DNA of 64,000 bases from Malacoraja senta (lineage: Eukaryota): assembly GCA_038087875.1 (NCBI GenBank), contig CM075993.1:9674001-9738000 (forward strand), given 5' to 3'. Made by a program: the position numbers and the translations under genes. The notes beneath the pieces are model-generated. The model did not search any database. It saw only the letters and a list, made by a program, of their open reading frames with translations, and had not been told where the DNA came from. Below, in pieces: positions 25,801 to 37,800 of the stretch. Position 1 is the stretch's first letter, and each line of letters starts with the position of its first letter.

Positions 25801-28800
25801 GCCTACAGAAAGCAATTGAAAAGCGCACCCCCAGAAGTGAGGACTGTACAGAGCAGGTCGGGGGTGGGGGGGGGGGGGGTGGGGGGGCAGAGGAAGAACT
25901 CCAGGACTGTTAGGAGAATGTAGACTGGCCAATGTTCAGGGACTCGGCAATGGACCTGAATGAATACGCCACAGTCATTACAGACTTCATAAAGAAATGT
26001 GTGGAGGACTGCGTCCCAACAAAAACCTTCCGAGTGTTTCCTAACCAGAAGCCTTGGATGAACCATGAGATCCGCACTCTTCTGAAGTCCACATCCCAGA
26101 CATTCAGGTCTGGAGATGCAGTGGTCTACAAGAAGTCCAGATATGACCTTGGTAAGGCCATCAAAAAGGCCAAAAGGGACTTCTGCTCCATGCTGGAGGA
26201 TGAGACGGATGTTCGGCAACTGTGGCAGGGCTTGAATGCCATCACCTCCTACAAGGCGAAATCAGGAGGTAGCTCAATTGTCAGCGAAGCATCACTCCCT
26301 GACGAGTTCAATGCATTTTACGTACGCTTTGATAGGGAGAACACTGATGTGCCTTCTTGAGCCCCCATTCGCCGTGAATGGTATTTCAGTCAGTCACAGA
26401 GGCCGACGTCAGAAGATCTATCAGGATGGCTTTCTGTATTTCTTCTTCCGTGATGGGTTCATCTAACAACAGAGACTCATTATGTGGTAAATTTGGCAAG
26501 TTCAGTTTCTTTAAAAACTCATGCATTATATTGGAATCAGTAGGAAATTCTGATTGGTATAAAATTCCTGAAAGGATTTATTAATTTCGTCATGGTCTAC
26601 AGTTAGTGTACGATCCCGTTTACTCACTTTAATAATCTGACGTTTGGCCGACACCGCTTTCAACTGATTAGCGAGTAATTTACCAGATTTTTCGCCATGT
26701 ATATAAAATTGACTTTTGGTTTTAAGTAGCTGGTTCTCAATCGGTGATACTAATAACAAATCATATCTCAATTGAAGTTCAACTATTCTTATTGAGCTCT
26801 AAACTGAGAGCTTTTGAATATTTTTTAATCAATTTCTTTAATCTCGTCAGCCAATATAAGTATTTCTTTGTGAGCTTTTTTTTTAAATCCCGCGGAGTAT
26901 GAAATAATTTGTCCACGAATATATGTCTTAAAAGCATCCCAGACTACACCATTGGATATTTCTTCAGTAGAATTTGTCAAGAAGAAAAAAGCAATCTGAT
27001 CTTTAATAAAATTAACAAAATTTAAATCTTGAAGCAAAGTAGTTTAGCACTAAACTTGGAATCAGGTAGTTTGATTGATAGTTTAGCATTGTTTAGCACT
27101 AAACTTGGAATCAGGTAGTTTAATTGATAGTTTCAATGGTGCGTGATCAGAAATAGCAATTGCATCATACTCACATGCAGTGACCGTTGAAGCTAGCCGA
27201 GAATCTATTATAAAGTAGTCAATCCTAGAATAACTATGATATACATGAGAAAAAAAAGAAAATTCTTTGTCATTTGGGTGAAAGAATCTCCAAACTTCTA
27301 ACATTCCAGAGTCAAGTAAAAAAGAATTGATAAAATTAGCTGATTTATTTGGAAGCACATGATCAGATGTAGATCTGTCAATCAAGGGGTTCAGACAGCA
27401 GTTGAAATCTCCACCCATCATTAAAATGTGTTCATTTAAATTAGGAAAGGATGCAATTAACTGTTTAAAAAACTCAGGGTGATCAATATTTGGTGCGTAA
27501 ACATTCACCATAGCAACCTTTTGGTTATAAAGAACACCAGTAAACACCAAAAATCTACCATATGGATCAGAAATTGTTTCATAATGAACAAACGGAATTG
27601 AGGAGTCAATAAAAATAGAGACTCCTTTCACCTTAGCCTGTGAATTTGAATGATACTGCTGTCCTCTCCAAAACTTGAAAAATCGTTGATTGTCATTTTG
27701 CCTTACATGAGTTTCCTGGATAAAAATAATCTGAGCATTTAGTCTGCGAAGAACTTAAAAATTGTTTTCCTCTTAATGGGATGGTTCAAGCCATTCACAT
27801 TCCATGAAAGGAAGTTAATAACTTTATCCATATTGTTTGTAAAAATCATGTGGGATGTAAAGGGTTAATTTCTTAAAGCCTAATAGTTCATGATACTGGA
27901 AGAAGAAAAATCTAGGGCGGAGCCAGAAGTGATGACATTTCAGATATTTTTGTAGTTCAGATTTTGCTCAAATGAAAAACACTAAGTAAGAAACAAAAGC
28001 CCCCCCCCCCACCCATGTAAAGCCCGAAACTGACCAATAGACAGTCAGTAAGCTCCCTAATCCCTTCCCTACCCTCATCTCTCCTAGCAACAGCACCCAA
28101 CGTAGAAAAAAAGCATATTTGCCACTCAATAGCCATAACACGATCATTGTTGAGGTTTGAGAGAGGAGAAAAAAAAACCATGTTGGCAGTGAAGCTGAAG
28201 AGCAAGAGCTATATATTATTTATCCAAGGTCAAAATATGAAAAACAAGAACTGCGTTCACTTAATTTGTCTAAAGACAGGGGAAAACAAATTCCTTCAAT
28301 TTTAAGAATAAAAAATTAAGAGAGAGAAATTCTTTAAAATTAATATATATAAAATAAAAACAACTCGTCCAGTTAAATTCTTAATCATTACCAAACGATA
28401 TATTGTCAAAATAGGAACAGTAAATCTCCAATTATAACTTAATCAGCTTAAGAAGAACTTAAGAAGAAATACAGAAAGCAATCCTTTCAATGAATTCTGG
28501 TAAAGCTCCCGGTTTAGATGGGTCTACAGTAGAATTTTTAAAGTATTTTTCAAGTTTATTGTCTCCCTGGCTATGCAAGGTTTTTAAAGAAGCCTTTTTA
28601 AGGAATAGATTACTGCAATCTTTTTATGAAGCATCTCTTTAATTCTTTAAAAAGATAAAGACCCCACTGAAGTGACATCATATAGACCTATATCACTGTT
28701 GAATGTAGATTCCAAAATTCTTTCCAAAATATTCGCTATGAGATTGGAAAATATTTTACCGCAAATTATTTCTGAAGATCAGACAGGTTTTAGTAAAAAT

Positions 28801-31800
28801 CGTTACTCATACTTTAACGTTAGGAGATTAATGAATATTGTATATACAGCGTCAAATAAAACCCCACAATGTGTCATTTCACTTGATGCCGAGAAGGCGT
28901 TTGATAGAGTAGAATGGAAATACTTATTCAATACACTTGAAAAATGTAAGATTGGTCCAGAATTTATTTCTTGGATCAAGCTGATATATCATATACCTCA
29001 GTCTTCTGTACTTACTAATAATCAGAGATCCCCTTTTTTCAGGCTCTTTCGAGGTACTAGACAGGGCTGTCCTTTACTGTTTGATATTACTTTGGAACCT
29101 TTGGCCACCGCTATTAGGGAATCCTCTAATATTTTTGGTATTGTCCGCGGGGAATAAGACACATAAGCTATCTCTTTATGCAGATGATCTGTTATTATTC
29201 ATTTCTAACCCTGAGAAATCTATTCCGGCAATAGTAGCATTACTTAATCAATTTAGTAGTTTCTGGTTATAAACTAAATCTTAGTAAGAGTGGGCTCAAG
29301 AAGTTCAGAGTCCACAAACACCTCCTGGTCCGCTTCTATCAATCCATCATTGAAAGCATCATCACTTCCTCAATCACAGTCTGGTACGGAAACACTGACA
29401 GTCATTCACTAGACAGAATACAGCGCATTGTCTCCAAGGCCTCTAGGATCATCAACTCTCCCCTCCCCTCAATCCATTCCATTTACCTCCAACGTACCTC
29501 AAAACGGGCAACAAAGATCATCTCGGACCCCTCCCATCCAGCAAACCACCTTTTCCAGTCTCTCCCTTCAGGGAGGCGCCTTAGGTCACTTGCTACAAAA
29601 TCCACCCGTTTTAAAAACAGTTTCTTCCCCTCAGCAATAAGAACACTTAATTCCCTCCAATAACTTTTTGACTTTGATGTATACAGTGTCTTGTCTATGG
29701 TTTTTGTCTGTTCTTTTGCACTATGTATTGTTGGTGAGATTTGTGATTTGTGATGTGCTTTATTATTATGATCTGTGTTGTTATTAGTGTTAATGTGCTA
29801 AAGCAGTGTACCATCATGTACCGAACCCAATTACCACCAACCCTGGTCGTGTGGCAAATAAAGATTCTATCTATCTATCTATTAAATAATCTAGTTTCAA
29901 ATTATGGACAGTTTCCACTTAGATTGACTGCCGAAAGTTTTACTTATTTAGGTATTAAGATTACCAAGAAACACAAGGATTTATTTAAAGCTAATTTTAT
30001 GCCTTTAATTGACCATATCAAACAACAGTTTACTAAATGGTCACCAATGTCCTTATCTTTAATCAGCCGAATCAATGCTATTAAAATGTTCATTTTACCT
30101 AAATGTTTGTATTTATTTCAGACGATACCAATTTTTATTGCCAAATCTTTCTTTGATATTATTGATTCCAAAATTTCTTCATATATATGGCAGAATAAAA
30201 ATTCCAGACTAAGTAAAAAATACTTACAGAAATTAAAATAAGATGGTGGTTTGGCACTGCCGAACCTTAGATTCTACAGTTAATGTTCGTTATTTAACGT
30301 TTTGGACAAAAGATTTAGAAGATACCCAATGCCCAGGATGGATAAATCTTGAACGTGATTCTTTACAAGGGTTATCATTGGCTTCTATTCTAGGGGCCTC
30401 GTTACCTTTTACAATTACGAGATTGAATAAATATAAAATGACTAACCCAATAATAAGACATACGTTTCGAATATGGTTTCAATTTCGTACGTTTTTTTCA
30501 CTAAATGATTTTATTTTATCGAGTCCTATCTTATCTAATTTTCTCTTCCAACCTTCTAGTATTGATCAAGTCTTTCTGTTATGGAAGAGGAAGGGATTAG
30601 TAGCTTTTCGTGATTTATTTTTGGATGGTTGTTTTATGTCTTTCGAACAACTATCCAATAAATATAATTTACCTAATTCACACTTTTTTAGATATTTACA
30701 AATTAGACATTTTTTGAAGGCTTCTATACCCTTTTTTCCATTACCACATCAAACCGAAATTTTTGATTTTTTTTACATTTGAACCCTTATCAGAAAGGAT
30801 TAATAATGACTATGAGTTGATTTTGAAATTACAAATAGATATAGTTGATAAAATGAAGAATAACTGGGAAAGAGAACTCCAAATTTCTCTATCTATAGAG
30901 AAATGGGAGAGGATTCTTCAATTAGTCAATACCTCTTCAATGTGCAAGACACGCTTTGATTCAATTCAAGGTGGTTCAGAGTTCATATGTCAAAAGATAA
31001 GTTAGCTCGTTTTTATGGTCATATAAATCCTACCTGTGACAGATGTAACTCTGAAGTGGCCATATGTTTTGGTCCTGCCCACTTTTTGAAACATATTGGA
31101 AATACATTTTAATACTATTTCTGTAGTTTTAGGTATTGATTTACAACCTCGTCCTATTACTGCAATTTTTGGGCTACCAATGTTAGATTCTATTAATTTG
31201 TCCCGTTCCGCCCATCGGTTGATTGCTTTTACCACATTAATCGCCAGAAGATCTATTTTATTTAAATGGAAAGACTCCAACCCTCCGACCACACTCCATT
31301 GGTACTCTGAAACGATATCATGTTTAAATTTAGAAAAAATCAGGAGTGACATTGTTGAACCCTTGGTTAAATTTGATAAGACTTGGGGAAAATTCATTCA
31401 ACACTTTCACACAAATAAATTGCTCCCTCTCCAACCGTTATAAAAATTATTTTACCTTTATACGGTGGAACGGACTTGACGGACTTGATATTCTCAGCTC
31501 AGATTCTGTTTTGCTTTTTTTTCTCTCTTTAGTTTAGGGGGGTTTTGTTTCTTCCTTTTTTCTTTTTTTTCCCTTCTTTTTATCTTTGTGTTTTTTTCTA
31601 CATATAACTTTTCTTTTAAACATTTGACTATATTTACATAGAGACCGGGGAGGTCTATACTCAATGTGTATTTGGACACTGGACTCGTATTTAGGTTATA
31701 CCTGTTATTAATGTAATCCTGATCCCTATGTATCAATATCATTGTTATGTTTATCATTATTCTTTTTGTTGTGTTTTTTTGTTTTGTTTTTGTTTTTTGG

Positions 31801-34800
31801 AAAAAAACGAATAAAAAGATTTTAAAAGAAAGAAAGAAGATCCATCGGAACCCTCGGAAAGCGCCTGGACCTGATGGCATACCCGGCCGTGTTCTAAAAA
31901 CCTGTGCGGACCAACTGGCTGGAGTTTTTACGGACATTTTCAACCTTTCACTTCTGAGGTCTGAGGATCCCACCGGCTTTAATAGGGCATCAATAATACC
32001 GATGCCCAAGAAGAGCAAGGTGACGTGCCTCAATGACTATCGACCAGTGGCACTAACGTCTGGTGATAAAGTGCTTTGAGAGGTTGATTATGGCCTGGAC
32101 CCACTGCAGAACCTGGACCCACTGCAGTTCGCTTACCGCCACAACAGATCAACGGTGGATGCGATCTCGCTGGCTCTCCACTCCGCTCTGGACCATTTGG
32201 ACAACAAAAACTCATATGTCAGGCTGTTATTCATTGACTACAGCTCGGCATTTAATACAATCATCCCCTCCAAGCTGGTTACCAAACTCTCAGATCTGGG
32301 TCTCTGCACATCCCTCTGCAATTGGATCCTCGACTTCCTCACCCACAGACCAGTCTGTCCGTATTGGTGGAAATGTGTCATCCTCGAAAACAATCAGCAC
32401 GGGAGCACTTCAAGGCTGCGTGCTCAGCCCCCTGCGGTACTCACTCTATACTCATGACTGCATAGCCGAACATAACGCGAACTCCATCATCAAGTTCGCC
32501 GACGACACCGCTGTTGTGGGATGTATCACTGATGGTGACGAGTCAGAGTATAGAAGCGAGATCGACCGATTGACCAAATGGTGCCAGCACAATAACCTGG
32601 CTCTCAACACCAGCAAAACAAAGGAACTGATTGTGGACTTTGGAAGGGGTAGAATGGGGACCCACAGTCCCGTTTATATCAACAGGACGATGGTGGAAAG
32701 GGTCAAGAACTTCAAATTCCTGGGCGTGCATATTTCCGAAGATCTCTCCTGTTCCCAGCACACTGATGCAATTATAAAGAAAGCACGTCAGCGCCTCTAC
32801 TTCCTGAGAAGATTACAGAGAGTCGGTATGTCAAAGAGGACTCTTTCGAACTTCTACAGGTGCACAGTAGAGAGCATACTGTCTGGTTGCATCGTGGCTT
32901 GGTTCAGCAACTTGAGTGTCCAAGCGGAAAATAATGCAGAAAGTTGTGACCACTGCCCAGTCCATCATCGGCTCTGACATCCCCACCATCGAAGGAATCT
33001 ATCGCAGTCGCTGCCTCAAAAAGGCTACCAACATCAAGGACCCACACTATCCTGGCCACACACTCATCTCTCCGCTGACATCAGGTAGAAGGTACAGGAG
33101 CCTGAAATCTGGTACATCCAGGTTCAGGAACAGCTCCTTCCCCACAGCCATCAGGCTTTTAAACTCACCATCAAACAAACTCTGAATTATAACAGCCTAT
33201 TGCACTTTATCTGTTTATTTATGTGTGTATATATATGGTCTATGCTATATAGACACTCTGAACTGTTCTGTATTTATGCTTACAATATTCTGTTGTGCTG
33301 CAGCAAGCAGGAATTTCATTGTCCTATCTGGGACATGACAATAAACTCTCTTGACTTGACTTGACTACTGCACTCATGGATAGTGTTATCTTCTGCCAAC
33401 TATGACAGTGACAGTGCGTCTGTGACAGTGCGTAATGTGTCCTGGAGTAACTCAGCGCATCAGGCAGCATCTGTAGAGAATATGGATAGGCGATGTTTCG
33501 GGTCAAGACGGTCTGACAGACCCAAAATGTCACCTATGCATGTTCTTCAGAGATTACCTCCCGAACCAATCACCTCATTCTCACCCCCTTCCCAGAGGAG
33601 CTGCCACATACAGTCTGAAGATGGGTAGATGCACAGAGTCTCTTGTCCAGAGGTAGGGAATCGAGAACCACAGGTTTAAGATGAGGGGGGGGGGGGAAAG
33701 ATTTAATAGGAACCCGAGGGGTAACCTTTCCACACAAATGGTGGTAGGTGTATGGACTCGACCAGTCCTGGTTGTAAATGTCATAGGATTGTGGTGTCAT
33801 ACAGAGAATGCTAGTCTCATGCACTCCTGCCAACCAGAACACATTGCAGACGCAAGGAACTGCAGGTGCTGGTTTACAATAAAAGACGCACAGTGCTGGA
33901 GTAACTCAGCGGGTCAGGCAGCATCTCTGGAGAAAAGGAATAGGTGACGTTTTGTGTCGAGGCCTTTTTTCAGACTGCAGTCTGATGAAGGGTCTCGACC
34001 TGAAACGTCATCTATTCCTTTTCTCCAGAGATGCTGCCTGACCCGCTGAGTTACACCAGCTTTTTGTGTGTATCTTTGGTTTAAACCAGCGTTTGCAGTT
34101 CCTTCCTACACATTACAAGGATTAGCGCATCTTAAATTTGCTCTGTCTTTCCCCCTAAAAGAATGACTAACCTCTATTTTTTCCCTCAGTTCTCTGAACA
34201 TGGATGGGATCACGTGTTGTTCCTCCACTTTCTGGATCTCCTCTCTGCTCGGCCAAATGTCTTGCAGGTAGATTTCTTTCCCGTCTGAATTTACACCTTA
34301 AATAGTGGTACAAATTAAATTAATTTTATCCAACAATCAAAATGAAGCTTTAAAAGTGTCAAAGATCACTGACAGACCAAATGCTTACCCAAAGGCTCAG
34401 TTTCAAAGTCTATGTTAACTGTGCCAGCAATGGCATATGCCACCACTAATGGAGGAGAGGCCAGGTAGTTGGCACGAATGCAGTCGCAGAGGCGCCCTTC
34501 AAAGTTTTTATTTCCAGATAAAATTCCACATGCAACCAAGTCACCCTGTAGCAAAGAGGGAAAGAGAGCAAGTCAGCTAGTTGATCACATAATTTTTATT
34601 AAACCAGAGGATTACCACAAAATGGAATCACATTTAAACGTTACTACAATTAAGTTAACATCTGTAGCAGATCCAACACCATCTTAGGAGATATGGCATT
34701 TAATTCAGAAGGGTGCGAGGTATTGCATTTTGGGAAGTCAAACCAGGAAGGATCTTGGTACACTAGCGTTTATCGGTAAGGGCATTATGTATTGAAGTTG

Positions 34801-37800
34801 GGATGTTAGGCTATACAAGATAGCGAAGCCGCACTATTCTGCTCCGTTTTGGTTACCCTGCTGTCGGAAAGCTGCCATTAGAAATGAATGTCAAAACGAT
34901 TTACCTCGAGGATGTTGCCAGAACTCGAAGACCTGAGCCATGGGGAGAGGCTGGGCAGACGGGACCTTTATTCGCTGGAGTGTAAGAGGCTGAGGGGTAA
35001 TCTTATAGAGGTGCATAAAATCATAAGGGGAATAGAGAGGGTGAATTTTTCCAGGGTAAGGGGAATCACGAACTAGAGGGCATGGATTTAAGGTTAGAGG
35101 GGAAAAATTTAATAGGAACATGAGGGGCAAAATGGGCAAGGCAGCTACAATCCTTATCCTTTATCTATCTATATATACAACTCTGTGGCTGCCTGACTTG
35201 TGTCTGCCTGACTTGTGTCCGCCTGACTTTCACCAAATTCCCTTTGATACCGCCCTAGGCCCACACAGCGTGCAGAAAGGCCCATTTTTTTTTACATTTC
35301 AAAAGACATGACATTTATCTTTACAAATAGCCACTCCTGATTAAATTCGCTTGTGTTTATGTACACGCTTTTTAATAAAATCTATCCCCCCCCACCCTTA
35401 TTCGATTGTCTCCAATTTTCTCCGAAAACGACGCCATCTTTTTTTCGCCGATTTTCTCCGAAAACGACACCATCTTTTTTTCGCCGATTTTCTCCGAAAA
35501 CGACGCCATCTTTTTTTCCCACATTTTCACCCCGGGGTCTGAAGCACCTTCGGGAACAACACCCCGGGGTGTGAAGCACTTTCGGGGACCAGACCCAACG
35601 GGTCTGCACTTGGTCTAGTATAACTATAACACTCTGATCTTGGATGTGTGTGTGTGTGTATTTGTGTATTTATTTGTTTCTGTGCGATCACATATTCTCG
35701 AAAAAACAACGCTCTAACGGTAAAATGTTTACATATTCTGGTAGAGATTTATCCTGTGAAGTCAAAAATCGCCATCTGAAAAATGCATGCATTATTTCTT
35801 GTTATTAATCAAAATGTTCAAAAATCTGAAGAGACTTGGTAAAAAATAACTGCTTTTTCCCTGACGTCGCAATGGGACTGTAGCCCTGCTCGCAACATTG
35901 TTGCTATCCAAATACACTGAGTCCTGCTAGACCTAGCAAGTGCAAGTGCATTTTTTTTCAAAGTCACAGTACACTGAGCTCTTTTTTTTAAAGTTTATTT
36001 TTTTAAAGTTTAAAAATGAGGGAGGCTGCATAAAATGAGCAGCCCCTATGCAGTTGTTGGCTATGGGTGAGTGGTGGAATATTGCGTTGGGGAACGGGTT
36101 GCTTTGGGGGACCAGGCCTCCCGTGTGACAGGGACCCAACGGGTCCCATTTGGTCTAGTAATATTTAAAAGACTGGGAAGGATTAGAAGACTTTGGGTTA
36201 AATGCTGGCAAATGGGACTAGCTTAGATGGGGCACCTTTGTCGGCATGACCAAGGTGGGTCGAAGGGCCTGTTTCCATGCTGCGTTACTCTAGAACCACA
36301 ACTTAGAGAAAAATAGCAGTGTGCATAAATCATGGTCAATAACAAGCAAGCAAAACCATTCGAGATTGAGAACCTAAAGATTATCAATCCTCTGCGTATA
36401 AATTTATCTTGTGCCAGTGCTAAATGGGTGGCACAAGAGGCCAAGCAGTTAATTATGTTTCATGACCTCAGGTGCTGTGTGTGTCGAGTTTTCACATTCT
36501 CTATGTAATCACAAGGCTTCCACCCAGAGCTCCTATTTTCCCCCATATTCCAAATATGTGCTGGTATGTCAAGAGGCTACTGAGGATTACCACTTCATCA
36601 ATGATTAAAAAGGGATTATGAAAGGAATCACACAAACAAACAGAGCACAGACATATGCTGGACAGTTTACTTTAGAATTTACTTTAGAGATATAGCATGG
36701 AAAAAGGTCCAACAAGTTCACACTGACCTTCGATCACCTGCTCACACTAGTTCTATGTTATCCCACTTTCTCATCCACTCCCTACTCACTCAGGGCAATT
36801 TTACAGTGGTCAATAAACCTACAAAACTGCTCGTCTTTAGGATGTGGGAGGAAATCAGAGCCCTAGGAGGAATCCCACTCAGTCACAAACTCCACACAGA
36901 TAGCACCCAAACCTGGAGTCTGGCGCTGTGCTGCTCAAGATCCTCCAGTCAAAGGACATATACTCTCATCGCAAAATTTTGAATTCCAAAATTCACAGTG
37001 AATGTTTGCCCTTCCCCAGAGAACATATTCTACAATAACATTGCACATTCTATCAACACTGGAACAAGGTTCATATTATGAGCTGTTTAATAAGGAACGG
37101 CATATGCTGGAAAATCGAAGGTAGACAATAATTGACCTCTAATTTCAGGTAGTCCTTGCTTTCTCCTCCCCTTCTCAGCTCTCCCTCAGCCCACTGGCTC
37201 CTCCACTTCCTTTCTTCTTCCCCCCCCCCCCGCCCCCCTCACATCAGTCTGAAGAAGGGTTTCGGCCCGAAACGTTGCCTATTTCCTTCGCTCCATAGAT
37301 GCTGCCTCACCCGCTGAGTTTCTCCAGCATTTTTGTCTACCTCATATTATGAGCTGGTTGTTCATTCATCGACAGTCATAAAGTAACAAAACAGCATGAG
37401 AGTTACACATAGACATCTGCATTTACCGTTTTGATGCCAGTGATAACAGACTCCGGTAATGGGGCCGTGTTCCCCACGCAGGTGGCACAGCCATAGCCAA
37501 TCACTTCAAACCTGTTTCAAAAAGATAGATCACTTTAGTTTAGTTTGGAGATACAGCACGGAAACAGGCCCTCGGCCCACCGAGTCCACGCACACTAACA
37601 CTATACTACACACTAGGGACAATTTACAATTTTACCAAGATAATCAGCCTACAAACCTGTACATCTTGAGTGTGGGTAGAAACTGGAGCACCCAGAGAAA
37701 ACCCACACAGGTTACGGGGAGAACGTGCAAACTCCATACAGACAGCGCCCATAGCCAGGATTGAACCCGGGTCTCTGGCGCTGTAAGGCGCCGCTCAAAT

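Noticed and set aside
27042..27133. 43-bp direct duplication in the inverted L1 segment
   Set aside because: Local tandem duplication within a dead ORF2; no functional implication evident.
35415..35520. 36-bp repeats resembling a CRISPR array
   Set aside because: Units are head-to-tail with no unique spacers, in a vertebrate intron inside a Helitron-like element; no cas genes.
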